Part shown: positions 13,948 through 35,239 of the stretch, one piece after another
Numbering within the stretch: the first letter of the stretch is position 1
Layout of the letters: each line of letters begins with the position of its first letter
From: the human T2T-CHM13v2.0 reference genome, Homo sapiens
Direction: 5' to 3' (one strand)
Assembly (NCBI RefSeq): GCF_009914755.1
Contig: NC_060929.1
Length of the DNA: 64,000 nt
Made by a program: the position numbers and the translations under genes
Notes under the pieces: model-generated
What the model saw: the letters and a program-made list of their open reading frames with translations, nothing else
Told to the model about the DNA's origin: nothing
The model's database searches: none

Positions 13948-15880
13948 GAATTAATGAATTGAGCAAGGTGGCATGATACAAGATAATATAGAAAAATAAA
14001 CTGTATTACTACACACTTAAACGAAATGTATGGATAATGAAGTTAAAAACAAAACACCATTTAAAATTGCTCCAAAGAAAATAAAAAGATTTAGGTATAA
14101 ATCTTACACAATATGAACATGATCTGCATACTGAAAATTAAAGTGTTCTAATGAATAAAATTGGAAAAGACCTTATTAAATGGGGAGACACACTGTGTTC
14201 ATAGATTGAAAGAACCAACCTATAAATATATCATTTCCCTTCAAACTGATCTGTAGATTTAATGCAGTTCCAATCAAAATCTCAGCAAGATTTGTGTAGA
14301 GATAAATTAATTCTAAAATGTGTATGGAAAAGCACAGGGCCTACAATAGTTAAAAGTAGTTTGAAAACAAGAGTGAAGTGGGAGGAATCATTACTGCATG
14401 TTAAAATTTATTACATAGCTGTAGTAATTAGGACACAGGAGATCAACTGAATTGAATATAGAACCCACTAATAGACACATACATGCTGAACCTATTCTTG
14501 ACAAATATATAAAAGCAATACAATGGAAGAAAAAATCGCCTTTTAGACACAGAGTGCTAAAACAATTGGGCCTTCATAGGCCAAAAATAAACCTTGAACT
14601 TCATATAAAAATTAACCAAAATAGATCATAGAGATAAAATGTAAACCTGTACAATGTTTAGAAAAAATATATAAGGAATATTTTGAGGCCTAGGTCTAGG
14701 TAAAGAGTGCTCATATTTGATACCATAATCATTATTCTTAACAGGAAAAATGAGTAAATTAGAACTTCATTCAAATTTTAAAAATTGCTCTGTGAGAGAC
14801 CACATAAAGGAGATAAAAAGACAAGCCACAGAGTGAGAGGAAATATTTGCACATTAGCTATCCAATTAAAACCATTTATTTTGATTACATAAAGAATTGT
14901 CAAAACATAATAGTGAAAATTCAAAACAAAACATTGTAATTAGACGATGGACAAAATACATTAATAGATAGATATTTGACTATGAGCACATAAAATATAT
15001 TATCATCAGCTATCAGAGAAATACAAATTAATACAAAGGAGATATCACTAACTCTTAGTATACTTAAAATAAAAATATAGTGATGAAACCAAATACTGAT
15101 GAGGATACAGAGTAACTCGATTACTTATACATTGCTGGTGGAATGAAAATGCTACAGCCACTCTGGAAAAGAGCATGGCAGTTTCTCACAAAGCTAATTA
15201 TGTGCTTTTCATACAACCTAGCAATTGCACTTTGACATTCATCCTGAGAAACAAAAACTTCTCTGCACACAAAATCTTCATTAAAGTTTCTAGCATCTTT
15301 GTTCATAATAGCTAAAAATTGGCAACAATCTAAATGTCGTTTAATGGATGAATAACTCAACACACTGTGGTACATCTGTACCATGAAATCCTTCTCAGCA
15401 ATGAAAATGAACAAAGAATTGATGCATAAAACAACTTGAATGAACCTCAAGAGTATTATCCTTAGTAAAAATAGGCAATCTCAAGAGGTTATATACTTTA
15501 TAATCCCATTTATATAACATTATTGAAGTGACAAAATTATTAGATTATATTTACTTTTGTCATAAGTTATTTGGCAGTAGGGAGAGGAATTGTAACATGA
15601 GGGATACTTGTGAAGAAAATGTTGTGAATCTTGATTCCATATAGTGAAGTTCAGAGTAACCTATAGTTGAGATAAAACTGCAGAGACATAAGTACACACA
15701 CAAATACAGAGTACATGTAAATGCACACTGAATACTTTCTTTGGATAGCATCAATGTTAATTTTTTAGTTTTGACATTGCATTATGCAAGATGTTACCAC
15801 TGGGAAAACCGGAGTGAATGGTACATGGGATTTCTCTGTATTATTTCTTACAAATACATGTGAATCTACAATTATTTCAA
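13210..15880 (+). mobile_element. 5'-truncated L1MC-like element (ORF2 RT to 3'UTR) nested in the outer L1
   Basis: Begins mid-ORF2 (GAACTTAGATGCAAAAATC) and ends in an L1MC-type 3' end 'GTGAATCTACAATTATTTCAA'; contains a short L1MD-like 3' fragment at ~13423-13545. Confidence 0.7.
13900..13946. repeat. (CA)n microsatellite, ~23 units
   Basis: Pure ACAC run seen directly. Confidence 0.97.
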
Positions 15881-15883
15881 TGT

Positions 15884-18093
15884 CTTTTTTGTTTTGTTTT
15901 TATTTTTTATTTCTACAGGTTTTTGGGGAACAGGTGGTGTTTGGTTATATGGATAAGTTTTCAGCGGTGAGCTCTGAGATTTGGGTGGACCCATAACCCA
16001 AGCAGTGTACACTGTATCCAATGTGTAGTCTTTCATCTCTCACTCCCCTCCAACCCTTTCCCCTGAGTCTCCAGAGTCCATTGTATCATTCTTATGCCTT
16101 TGCATCCTCATAGCTTAGCTCCCACTTATGAGTGAGAACATACGGTGTTTGGTTTTTCATTCCTGGGTTATTTCACTTAGAATAATCATTTCCAGTTCCA
16201 TCCAGGTTGTTGTAAATGCCATATGTATACATGTTTATATATACATATATACATATATACGTATATACGTATGTACGTATATATGTATATATGTATACAT
16301 ATATGTGTATATATGTATATACATATGCATACATATATATGTATACTTATATATATGTATGCATATATATATATATATCACAATTTCTTTATCTTCTCGT
16401 TGATTGATGGCCATTTGGGCTGGTTCCATATTTTTGCAATTGCAAATTGTGCTGCTATAAACAGGCATGTCCAAGTATCTTTATTGTATAATGACTTCTT
16501 TTCCTCTGGGTAGATACCCAGTAGTGGGATTGCTGGACCAAATGGTAGCTCTACTTTTAGTTCTTTAAGAAATCTCCACACTGTTTTTCATAGTGGTTGA
16601 ATTTTTCCTGAGAACTGGAACAAGACAAGCATGCTCACTCTCACCACTTCTATTCAAAATAGTACTGAAAGTCCTAGCCAGAGCAATCAGACAAGAGAAA
16701 GAAATAAAGGGCCTCAAAATAGGTAAAAAGGAAGTCAAACTGTTACTGTTTGCTGATGATATGATTGTATTCCAAGAAAAACCTAAAGACTCCTCCAAAA
16801 AGCCCCTAGAACTGATAAATGAATTCAGGAAAATTTCAGAATACAAAACTAATGTACACAAATTAGTAGTTCTGCTATATGCCAAAAGCAACCAAGCTGA
16901 GAATCAAATCAAGAACTCAACCCCCTTTACAACAGCTGTAAAAAATATATATACTTAGAAATATACGTAACTAAGGAGGTGAAAGACCTCTTCAAGGAAA
17001 ACTACAAAACACTCCTGAAAGAAGTCACAGAAGACACAAACAAATGGAAACACCTCTCCTGCTCATGGATGGGTAGACTCAATATTGTAAAAATGTCCAT
17101 ACTGACAAAAGCAATTTACAAATTCCATGCAATTCCCATCAAAATACCACCATCATTCTTCACAGAACTAGAAAAAAACCATCCTAAGATTCATATGGAA
17201 ACAGAAAAGAGCCTGCATAGCCAAAGCAAGACTAAGCAAAAATAACAAATCTGGAGGCATCACATTACCTGACTTGAAACTATACAATAAGGCCATAGTC
17301 ATCAAAACAGCATGGTACTGGTATAAAAACAGGCACATAGACCAATGGAACAGAAGAGAGAACCCAGAAATAAAGCCAAATGCTTATAGTCAACTGATCT
17401 TCAACAAAGCAATCAAAAACATGAAGTGGAGAAAGGACACCCTATTTAACAAATAGTGCTGGAATAATTGGCAAGTCACATGTAGAAGAATGAAACTGGA
17501 TCCTCATCTCTTACCTTATACAAAAGTCAACTCAAGGTGGATCAAGTACTTAAATCTAAGACCTGAAACCATAAAAATTCTAGAATATAACATTGGAAAA
17601 ACCCTTCTAGACATTGGCTTAGCCAAAGACTTCATGACCAAGAACCCAAAAGCAAATGCAACAAAAACAAAGATAAATAGATGAGACTTAATTAAGTGAA
17701 AAAGCTTCTACCCAGCAAAAGAAACAATCTGCAGAGTAAAGAGACAACCTGCAGAATGGGAGAAAATCTTCTCAATCTATACATCTGACAAAGGACTTAT
17801 ATCCAGAATCTATAAGGAACTCAAACAAATTAGTAAAGATAAACAATCTCATCGAATAGCGGACTAAGGACGTGAATAGACGATTCTCAAAAGAAGACAT
17901 ACAAATGGCCAACAAACATATGAAAAAATGATCAATATCACTAATTATGAGGGAAATGCAAACTAAAACTGCAATGTCATACCACCTTAATCCTGCAAGA
18001 ATGGCAATAAAATAATAATAATAATAATACATGTTGGCAGGGATGTGGTGAAAAGGGAACAATTTAACACTGCTGGTGGGAAAGTAAACTAGT
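15884..18093 (-). mobile_element. L1PB (L1PB1/2-like), 5'-truncated with 5' inversion
   Basis: Antisense L1PB 3' end at 15884-16599 joined to sense ORF2 at 16600-18093 (RT 'LLFADDMIV', '[17 protein letters not shown]'). Confidence 0.9.
16221..16378. repeat. (TA/TG/CA)n low-complexity expansion inside L1PB
   Basis: About 160 bp of alternating purine-pyrimidine sequence. Confidence 0.95.
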
Positions 18094-18152
18094 TAAATGC
18101 ATTTTTTAAAGAAGGCAAAATAAAGACATTTTCGGACCTGAAAATCTCAAAG

Positions 18153-18315
18153 CAGCTCTGGGATTAGAGTAAGGCAAGCAAGTCACACAGGACACAAAAT
18201 GCAGGGAGGCATCCACTTTCAGGGCTGAACCTGCAGTTGTATTAGCCAGAGATGGAATGCCTCCTAAAGTTTTCACCTTGGGAGTCATGCTTGCCTCAAA
18301 TTAGTTTGGGACATG
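18153..18315. mobile_element. MER96-like hAT MITE
   Basis: Inverted ends (GGGATTAGAGTAAGGCAAGCA / TGCTTGCCTCAAATTAGTTTGGG); degenerate 8-bp TSD TCTCAAAG / CCTGAAAG; interrupts L1 ORF1. Confidence 0.65.
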
Positions 18316-18947
18316 CCTGAAAGTATTCATCACAAGCAGACCTAAACTACAAGAAAGTTAAAGGAAGCTCCTCAGGCAGAAAGAAAATAAGAGCAGATAG
18401 AAATGTGGGTACACACAAAGCCACAAAGAGTATCAGAATAGAAACCACATTGGTAAATATATAATATTTTTACAAAAATTACTTGTCTTCTTAAAAGACA
18501 ACTGCTTAAACAAAAATAATAGCACTGTATTGTGTGAATTTAAAAATGTATAATTAAAATATGTGAGGACAATATTTAAAAGACAGCAAGTGGAAAAACA
18601 GAAGTATAATATTTAAAGATTTCTATGCAATATACGAAGTAATATAATGTCACTTAAAGGTAAAAAGTGATGTTCAAGATGTACAATATATGCCCTAAAG
18701 CAACAGCTAAAATAACAAAACGAATAGTTATGTTTATTTACCTGTAAAATAATAGTTATCTATAAAAAGAGGAAAATTGGCCTATAAAAAATACTCAGTT
18801 TATAAAAAGGCAAGAAAACAAAAAAAGAACAAAAAATAGAGGTACAAATAAAAAAACAAATAGCAATATTGTAGATTCAAGGCTACACAGATTAATAATC
18901 ACAAGAAAATAAATGGCCAAACCACTCCCAATTAAAAGGCAGAGTTA

Positions 18948-25220
<6,273 letters not shown>

Positions 25221-25221
25221 G

Positions 25222-25394
25222 CATATATTTTAAAGGGTTGTTAAAAAAATAAAAACAAAAACACAAAGAAAGTTCAACTCAGTTCCGTGGGTTTACGAAA
25301 AAAGTAAAAGTGAAGAAGGATGTAGAGCAGAGACCTGATGTGGGCCACAGCCCCAAATATTTACTGATTCTTTGCACAAAAATGTGAACCTGTA
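25222..25394 (+). mobile_element. MER58-like hAT-Charlie element, one half only
   Basis: 'GCAGAGACCTGATGTGGGCCACAGCCCCAAATATTTACT...TTTGCACAAAAATGTG' resembles one end of MER58. Confidence 0.6.
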
Positions 25395-27395
25395 CTCTAG
25401 TCAGACTCATCAAGAAAAACTGAGAGAGAGCAATTAGTAACAAAATCAGGAATGGGAGTGTTGATACCACTATAAATACACAAATAATAAAAGGAAAATT
25501 AAAAAATATTATGAACAACCTTATGCTAATAAACTTAACAATGTAGGTGAAATGGGAAAATTCATTGAAATAAACTACCTAAGCTCACTCAAGAAGACAT
25601 AGATAACCTGAATAACATGATATATTTTAAATAAATTAAATATATAGTTAGAAACTATTCCGCAAAAATAACGACAGGCTCAAATGAATTCTTTGGTAAA
25701 TTCTAAAAACATTTCAGAAAAAAAAAATACCAATTCTGCTCAAGATTTTTCAGGAAGTTGAAGAATTTTATGCAGCCAATATCCTGATATTAAAATTATA
25801 TAAACATATCATAGGAAAAAAATCAATAAAACTATAAACCACTCTCCCTCATAAACTTAGTTAAAAAATTCCTGAACAAATGTTAGCACTTCCGATCCAG
25901 CAATATATGACAAGGGTAAATTATAATAACCTAGTGGCATTTATCTCAGGATATTAAGGATGGTTTAACATTAAAAAGTTACATAATTCACAATATTAAT
26001 AGACTAAAAACTACATATAAAATATATGATCATCTCAATAGACTGAGAGAAAACAATTAATATAATCCAATATTTATTTCTAATAAAAATTCTCAGCAAA
26101 CTAGGAGTAGAAGCTAATTTTGTCAACCTGATAAAAGTATATACCAAAAATCTACAGATATTATTATACTTAATTGTAGAATGCTGAATACATTCTTTCT
26201 AAAATCAGGAATAAGGCATGACTATCTACGTTCACAATTGTATTTAACATTGTCCTCATGGTTCTACACAGTACCAAAACAACAGCAAACAAACAAATAA
26301 AATGGATGCAGATTGGGGAAAAAAAGTGAAACTGTCTTTATGCACAGATAATATGAGCATCTATATAAAAAATCTGATGGAGTGTATAGAAAGTCTAACC
26401 AGAACTAATAAATGAGTTGGGCAAGGTGGTAGAATATAAGATCAACATGTAGAAAAAAATAATCAGATACAAACATTTCAAAAATCATTACAATTTGATT
26501 TTATAATACAGAGTATGAAGTATTTAACGATAGATTTGACAGAAGATACGTAAGACCTGTTGAGAGAAAATGACAAAACATCACTGAAGGAAACTAAAGA
26601 CCTAAGTAAATAGAGATACGTAACTGATTTATGGGACTAAAGACTCAACTGCTTTAAGATTCTCCTATAAATAATCTATATATTCTATACAATCTCAACA
26701 AAAATCTCAGCAATTTTTTTAATTCCCAGGTGAAAACTATATTGAAATATAAAAGACCTAGAAAACCTCAAAGCATACTTGAAAAAAGAACAAAGTAAGA
26801 GGCCCAAAGACATCTGATTTTAAGACTTCTTATACAGCTATATTATAACGCTTTACTTTTTATCAAATTTAATCTAACATATCATATTGTCTTAGAGATA
26901 GTCAAATTACATCAATGTACCTGAATGGAGAATATAGAAATGAATCTGCACATGTATGGCATATATGGACAATTGTCAGTTTATAACTTTCAACAAAGTT
27001 ATAAGGGTAATTTAGTGGAGAATGGCTATTATTTTCCACAAGTTATGCCAAAAAATGGAATATCCATATATTAAAAAATGAACTTTTATTCATTCTGACA
27101 CCATCTAAAAATATTTAGTCAAAATAAATCAAAGACCTAAATGTAAAACTAAATCAGTATAATTCTACATAAAGTTTGGATTAGGCAAAGCTGTCTTAGA
27201 TATGATTCTAAAACCAGAATGCATAAAATGAGGTGAATTTTAATTTATTAAAATTAAAAATTCTTTGATAGATGCTGTTAAACAAATGAAATGTCAAGGC
27301 ACAAACTGGAAAAAGTATTTGCTGAGTGTATCTAACAATGGATCTAGAATATTTAATGTTTAAACATAATAATAAGAAGAAAAACATTAACAGCC

Positions 27396-27480
27396 TACTA
27401 CAGTTTGAATGTGTCCCCCCAAAATATGTATTGGAAACTTAATCCTCAATGAAACAGTGCTGGAAAGTGGGGTCTTCTTG
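27396..27480 (+). mobile_element. MST/MLT1A-type MaLR LTR, 5' fragment
   Basis: 'CAGTTTGAATGTGTCCCCCAAAATATGTATTGGAAACTTAATCCTCAATG'. Confidence 0.7.
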
Positions 27481-27496
27481 GCTTAAGATGGAGCAC

Positions 27497-27817
27497 CCCT
27501 TCTCTTTAGTTTAAGATGGGGTTACATCTCAACAAAGCCATCACAAGCTTAAAATATTATTGTAAAAAATTCATTTAATACACCTAACCTACCAAACATC
27601 ATAGCTTAGCCTAGCTTTATTTAAATGTGCTCAGAACACTTATAGTAGCCTACAATTGGGCAAAATCTTCTAACACAGAGAGTATTTCATAATAAAGTGT
27701 TGAATATCTTATGTACTGTATTGAATACTGTATATTACTTTCAAATTGCAATGGTTTTGCAACAACATAAGTTGAAAAATTGTAAGTCAAACTATCATAA
27801 ACTGGGGACTGCATGTG
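27497..27817 (+). mobile_element. MER47A-like Tigger MITE
   Basis: 'GATGGGGTTACATC...AATACACCTAACCTACCAAACATCATAGCTTAGCCTAGC...GTCAAACTATCATAAACTGGGGAC'. Confidence 0.8.
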
Positions 27818-28123
27818 CGGGTGTCTGTACATGTATTGTATCTTTTGCACATTTTTTGTATTTTAGTCTAATTCTACTTATTTAGAGCTTCCAAAATACA
27901 AACTAATCTATAGTAACAGAAATCAAACACGTGGTTGCCTAGGACAATAAGGGAGAGTCATAGAGGGGCAGGGAGGAGAAAGTACAAAAAAGCAAAGGGA
28001 AACTTTGGGGGGTTATTGATATGTTCATTATCTCACCCTGGTGATGGCTTCATAGGTGTCTAAATATATCAAAACATGACAAATTCCACACTTTAAATAA
28101 CTGCACATTGAATATGTGCTGTT

Positions 28124-28273
28124 ATTTATTTGTTTATTTATTTATTGTATTTTTTATAGAGATGGGGATTCACCATGCTGCCCAGGCTGGTCTTGAACTA
28201 CTGGGCTCAAGCAATCTGCTGGCCTCAGCCTCTCAGAGTGCTGGGATTACAGGTCTGAGCCACCGCACTTGCC
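28124..28273 (-). mobile_element. FLAM_C-like Alu monomer
   Basis: Single arm with (TTTA)n tail; TSD TGTGCTGTT at 28115 and 28275. Confidence 0.85.
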
Positions 28274-31109
28274 CTGTGCTGTTTTTTCATGTCAACTACA
28301 CATCAGCATAAAAATGAAATTAGGGGTCAAGAGACACCCCTCCACCAACTGCAAGAGTAAAAGATAGAGAAGGAAGACTTCACATTCTTGCATTCTAACT
28401 CTTAACCTCTTAACCACTGAACTATATCGTTATAGTCCACTACAGTCATGGGAAAGAACAATAATAAGTATTTTTTGGCACTCCATAAACCACTGAAAAT
28501 CACTTTTGAAACATAGAAGCCTCAGATGTAAGTCAGCACTTGCTTCTCATAGCCCTTACCATTCATCACTGTCCACTCACATGGGGCAGTACAGGGTATG
28601 GGCATAGCATTATGTTGACGGCTACAAGTATTTTCTTCTCAATAAACATCCCTATGGTTCTGTGATGGGAACAAAAATGAAAAGACAGTTGCTGTGACAC
28701 TTATTTTTCTCTCTCAGGATATCCAGACAAGCAAAAAGGTTCTGTCCATCTTGGAGATTGGTTAGACATACTTGTACTGCAGTTCACTCTAAAAGTTAAA
28801 AAAAAAAAAAAAAAGAAGTTTCATGTTTGTCATTATTGCTACTGCTTCCAAGATCTCTGTAAGTCAATCAGGCAACCTGCAAGCTTATGAGATTTATTTG
28901 TGTAAAGAGTAAATGGCATTACCTGTCCTTTGAACCTCTAATTAGGAGATTTTAGCAGATAGAATCTAATTTATAAGAAGGGCCTACACCCTGGATAATG
29001 AAACATAGCCTATTATGAACTTAAATAAACAAGAGCTATAATGCAATGCCAAAACAAATCATTCTGACATGATTTAAAAATATAAGAGGCTTCTTCAAAT
29101 ATCATCAAGAATAAGTCATTTAGTGTTTCAGGTTCATACATCAATGCAGTTGCTGTCACTATGAAAAATTGGACTTTTTGTTTACTTAAAATTTGAAATG
29201 CCATGATTTGGTATTTGAAAAATGAGGCGGGAAAAATGAATGTCCTCCTGTTTGTGAAAAATGGAGATTTTATTAGAGCAAAGTAGGGAGGAGGAGAGAG
29301 TGCTCATCTGCTCCTGTAGAACAATGTTTACTCAGGAAGAAATATAACAATGGGCAGGCCACTGGGGATAAAGGAAGTAGAATCACTTAGGGAGCTGATG
29401 ACAACAGGAGCCAAGACTACAGCCTGGGCCTGGAGCTGCCCCACCTTTTGGTCCCTACACACACATAATGAATAAATGCATCTTGAAGTAAGACTCATAT
29501 TTCATGGCAGTGTGAGACTCCCCAGTTAGACTGCATCTGTTAATAATAAAAATTTGCTTTCTGGAATGAGAGTTTAATAGTTCTTGTTCATGCTTTAAAT
29601 AGGAGAGCACAGCAATAAATCAGCATTATGATTTTAGTAGGTAGTAGCATATGAAATATAATATGTTATTTCTGGCATTTAATTTGGTCAAAATTAAGTT
29701 AAAATATTCACCCAAAGGGACAGATTGATAAAATAATAATTATAAGTATATGATGATTCTAAGAAATTTTATACTTTGTGCATTCCGGAAGTACCATTAC
29801 ATTTCACATACATATTATCTTTATTGCCATAATGAGAAAATATTAAATTACGTTATTCAACTTCAGAAGCCAAGTGTCTGCTTCAGTTTATTATTACAAT
29901 AAAGTTTACATGCTTACTGTGTTTTGCAACATATTTTTATATACTCTTAATGAATTTAATTAGTAATTAACATATGAGATTAATTACTTAGTAAATTCTT
30001 TTTTAAGATAAACACCTACATTTATGGCTTTAGATGGGTCACTTTAATTTTAGCCTTTGTATGTCAATTCAATTAAGTTATTCCTACTTGCTCCCTCTCT
30101 ATCTGCCTATGCATGCACACAGACACACACACCCATAAAAGTACCAAATTATCATAAACAACCTGATATAACTATGTATGAATACAGATAATGTAGACAA
30201 AAATATGTACTTATGAAACACAGATATACAGACCAAATGATTTACAACCTATTTGAAAGCAAGCTCTATATCTGACTTGTCTTTTGTCTGCACCCATATT
30301 TATTGCAATATATTGCAAAAAATTAATTCTTGCTAAGTATTCCTTGAAACAATGACAAGAGGTTAATGAAGGAATAAATATAGCAACTGAGAACTGTCAA
30401 AAATAATGTTGACAGACAGTTGGATGTGGCCATTTGCATAAGTCTCATTGATTCCTCTAGATCAGCATATATAGAACATTTTTCTTCCAGAGAGAAATAT
30501 GCAATTTATACTTCCAGTCACAGGTTATATACACCTCATTCTGTGCATCCTTGCTAACTCTAGGTTTCTGAGAAATACTTTTTGCTAGGCTGATAAATTT
30601 TTATTTATATTCTTATATTATTGAGGTTTTTTCTTTTGATATTAATGGCTATTAAATTTTACCAAAATTTTTGTGGAGCATATTTTCATGCTTTCACGGC
30701 ATTTTTCGCTAAGCAATTTACCTGGTGAATTTGGTGAATTACATTGATAGTTTATTTCATGAGATACCATGAAAACACTCATTACACTTCCTAATGAATA
30801 TTCGTTTTTATATTATCTGTTCAGTGTATGTTTACTAGATTGCTAACTGGTTTTTCAGATTTCAATTTATAATTATTTTATTTTCTAAGAATGTATGATG
30901 GAGTAAAAACTGTTTAAAGAGCACTATTTAAAACAGCTCAAGCATGCCACTAAAAATATTTCTCATTTGTTAAGAAGAAATTATATAAACTTTTAAAAAA
31001 TGTTAGTGATATCAGTGGCTTTAATGTTTTGTGCCTGTCAAATTAATACGGGATTACTTACAGAATATTGATGTGATTCCATTTGGTTGGATAAATTAAA
31101 TAAATGGTA

Positions 31110-31515
31110 CACTGCTGTAATTACTATAGTTTTATAATATATCTTACTACGTGGTCGTATAAGTCTTACAGCTTTGTTCTTTTTCTGAAAGACTCACTTG
31201 AATATTCTAGAGTATCTGCATGACTATGTAAAGTTTATAATCTGATAAACAATGCAAAAGAAAATGAAAATTTAGGGGTGTGAATGGGATCATATTGAAT
31301 CTACATATTATATATTAATGTATTAAAGTGAGGAGAATTTTCATCTTTATAATATAGAGTCTGACAGTTCATGAATATGGTATATTCTTGCATTTATTTC
31401 AGTCTTTTTTAATTTCCCTGGGCAATCAAAAAATTTATTGTGGAGACCTTATAACTTTTAAGTTAGATTTATTTTGAGATATTTGATGTGTTTCAAACCG
31501 ATTTTAAATGATATT
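31110..31515 (-). mobile_element. Old L1M ORF2 fragment
   Basis: 'TAATTACTATAGTTTTATAAT', 'TTGAATCTACAT', 'CATGAATATGGTATATTC'. Confidence 0.6.
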
Positions 31516-31519
31516 GGCT

Positions 31520-32470
<951 letters not shown>

Positions 32471-32759
32471 GCGAAAATAGCTTGCAATTAATAGGAAAAA
32501 TTAGTGGTGTTTCAATTAAAAAGATATCTAACTCTCAAATTATTTTTAAGATCACTTAGTTATGTTCAGATAACCTTTTAAAAAATAAATGGTTATTATA
32601 TGATCACTTAAAATACTGCTCCAAGCTATCACACAAGTATTTTTTTTTGTTTGGTTTGTTTTTGGTTAACATTATTTATTAAAATCTACAAGGTAAGTTT
32701 GTACTACCTTTTCTAGATTGCCATAGCATTACCATGTACAGACCTCTACTATAGCATTT

Positions 32760-32895
32760 GAATTTTTATAAGCCAATATTTGAAATGACTTTCTACTCTA
32801 CTAATCAATTGGTATTGTCATACCTTATTAATCTTTCTAAGCCTATAATCAAGCAGAGTACCATATAAGATAGACACTTAATAAATGTTAGTTGA
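32760..32895 (+). mobile_element. L2 3' end fragment
   Basis: 'AGCAGAGTACCATATAAGATAGACACTTAATAAATGTTAGTTGA'. Confidence 0.55.
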
Positions 32896-33169
32896 GGGGA
32901 TGTGTTAAAATACTCATGTCTATAGACTAGAAAAAAAATGGGAAAAAGCATCATGTGTGAGCATCAAAGGCAGGTACAGTAGATTTACCCTGCTGAGGAC
33001 TTAGATGTTCTTAAATTCGGCATAAAATTTCCAAAGACATTTCGGGAATTCAGACACACTGATTCATAATATAATTTAAGTAGATAATTGGGTTTGCTAT
33101 GTAGGAATGTAATATTGCTGAATTATCTTAATGGAAACGTCCTGGGACGATCAATTTTAAAACTGGAAG

Positions 33170-33450
33170 TATGCATACTGAAGACTTCAGTGAGGAAGGG
33201 TAACTCCAGTAAGAACAGCAGTTCTAATTTTGGCAAGACTGCTGGGAAGTTGTTGGGTCAAACCTGCTGATTGAGGGGGTCCCTTGTCACAACTGGCCTT
33301 CATTAGTGCACTCACTGTAATCAGTAATCAGCTGGGAAGTGTGACGTCTACACAAATGCAGTGGTAGATCCAGGACAGCAGCTAGGGCTATTAGTCAATT
33401 ATTCTGTTTACAACAGGTCTGAAACGTGCCTTTTCTAGGCCTCCAGGCTT
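33170..33450. mobile_element. Ancient LTR fragment (old MLT1-like)
   Basis: GC-richer patch with 'CAGTAATCAGCTGGGAAG...CACAAATGCAGTGGTAGATCC...CAGCAGCTAGGGCTATTAGTC'. Confidence 0.4.
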
Positions 33451-34129
33451 ATTGAGTGCATAGTATAAGAATAAACTTATGTAGAAAAATAGAACACCTC
33501 TTTGCTCCGTTCAACTTTATGGCTAATCATTGGAACAATAAGAATAAGAGCAACCTAGGCTCCTGGTTCAGATTTTATGGCAAACAGATGATAAAATAAG
33601 ATCTACCTATGCAACTGCTGATTTATTTCAACTTGTCTGTCATGAAGAATAGTCTACAAACAGAAAATGATTAAGTAAATATTATGAGATAAAAAGAGTG
33701 ATATAGAGATGAGTCAATGGGAATATGTATCTATATATAAGCTCTTTCCTCCAAATATTTGGTTGGGCAAGACTTTTGCTACATTTATCCAAAATTCAAC
33801 TGGGTATGGTTATCACATAATTATTCTTGCAAGTGAATGTACAATCATCCACTGATCACACGAATATCATGCCTATAAAATACCAGAAATAGTATACTTA
33901 ACAATAACTTCTTCCTGCCATCTACATATTTTTTTTCAGTTCTTCTACTTATTTCAATGGCTATATAGTTTAGAGTTAAAAACTTCATAAATTAGGAATA
34001 TTTTCAGAATAAATGAATAAAAATGGAATTTAAACACATTAAAACAAAACAAAATGAAAAGAGAACACATGAATTTATTGGATTATGTCACTGCAAAATA
34101 CATACATAGGGTTTACACTGAATGTGGTT

Positions 34130-34517
34130 TTGATTCAGAGCCCAAGTGACATCACCAGAACACATTTCTGGGTTGTATTGCATTTCTGTTTTGTTTTATT
34201 TTTAGTTAGCTTCCTACTCTGGCTGTTTTAGGAAGATAGCTTTAACTCTTTCATGCTGCTATCTTAGTCTACCAAGACCAGCAGGAAATTATCCAAACTA
34301 ATTTTCCCCAATGCCCAGGAAATGTTTCTCTGTGTCATGTTTGTTACATAACATGCTATTTCTGAATCATTAACTCTCTGGAACTAGTTGTGAGTTCATT
34401 TCCACTAAAATTAGGCTAAGATTTGGCAGAGAGGTGATTTTCCAAAAAATTTTCAGGAGTTACTGACAGAAAAAATACTAATAGATACTAAAGAGTTATA
34501 AGCAAAAGTTCACTACA
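34130..34517. mobile_element. Ancient MLT1 (J/K-like) fragment
   Basis: 'CCCAAGTGACATCACCAGAAC...GAGAGGTGATTTTCCAAAAAA...GTTCACTACA'. Confidence 0.4.
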
Positions 34518-35239
34518 TAAATTTTATTATTTTCCCAACAATTTAATTATGATGAAAAATAGTGAAAAATAAATCATCAAGATATAGCACCAAGACAAAC
34601 AAAAATTCTTCTTAGATTTCCTTTTTTGGGGATTATTTGTACATTAGCTATCCTCTCTTTTGCAGATTATAAAGAGCAAATTGCATGTAAGAGATTATAT
34701 TGGGTAAGTAATTAAGAGCATAACATTCAATGCTGAATAAATAATTAATGTAATTAGAGACATGGCAATTTTGGCCTTATGTTTTTAGACGAGAAAGGAA
34801 AGAAACAATTATTTTACAAAAATAAATTATAAGGTCAACTCTATAGGTAAATTAGAAATAGTTTTTGAAGTGTCTTCAATGGGTTCATGGTTTACATTAA
34901 TTCCAAATAAGTATCTAGTGTTTGATCTGTTGTACAAGTTAAAAATCTGAACATTGAGGAGAGAACACAATGTAAGATACATTATAAAAATGCAATTCAA
35001 GGTGACATATGATTTATTTGTAACAATTATTATTTACACTAGTTTCTTTTAATTCTCATTGACAAAAGAAAGTTTATAAATAGGCACCTGCACCCAATAT
35101 GTACAAAACATGTAAATCTTGATCTTAAAAGGTTGATAAGGGAGTAAAATTAAAACCTATGTCCAATTAACTTCCTGTTCCAACTCATCATTAGGAAATA
35201 AAGCATCCAAATTCATGGTAAATTTTCATTTAGAAACAG

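Noticed and set aside
16128-16513. Tyr/Ile-rich overlapping ORFs
   Set aside because: Artefacts of the (TA/TG/CA)n tract.
33340-33720. CRE-like GTGACGTC (~33341) and AP-1 TGAGTCA (~33710) motifs as regulatory sites
   Set aside because: Single short motifs are expected by chance in 64 kb.
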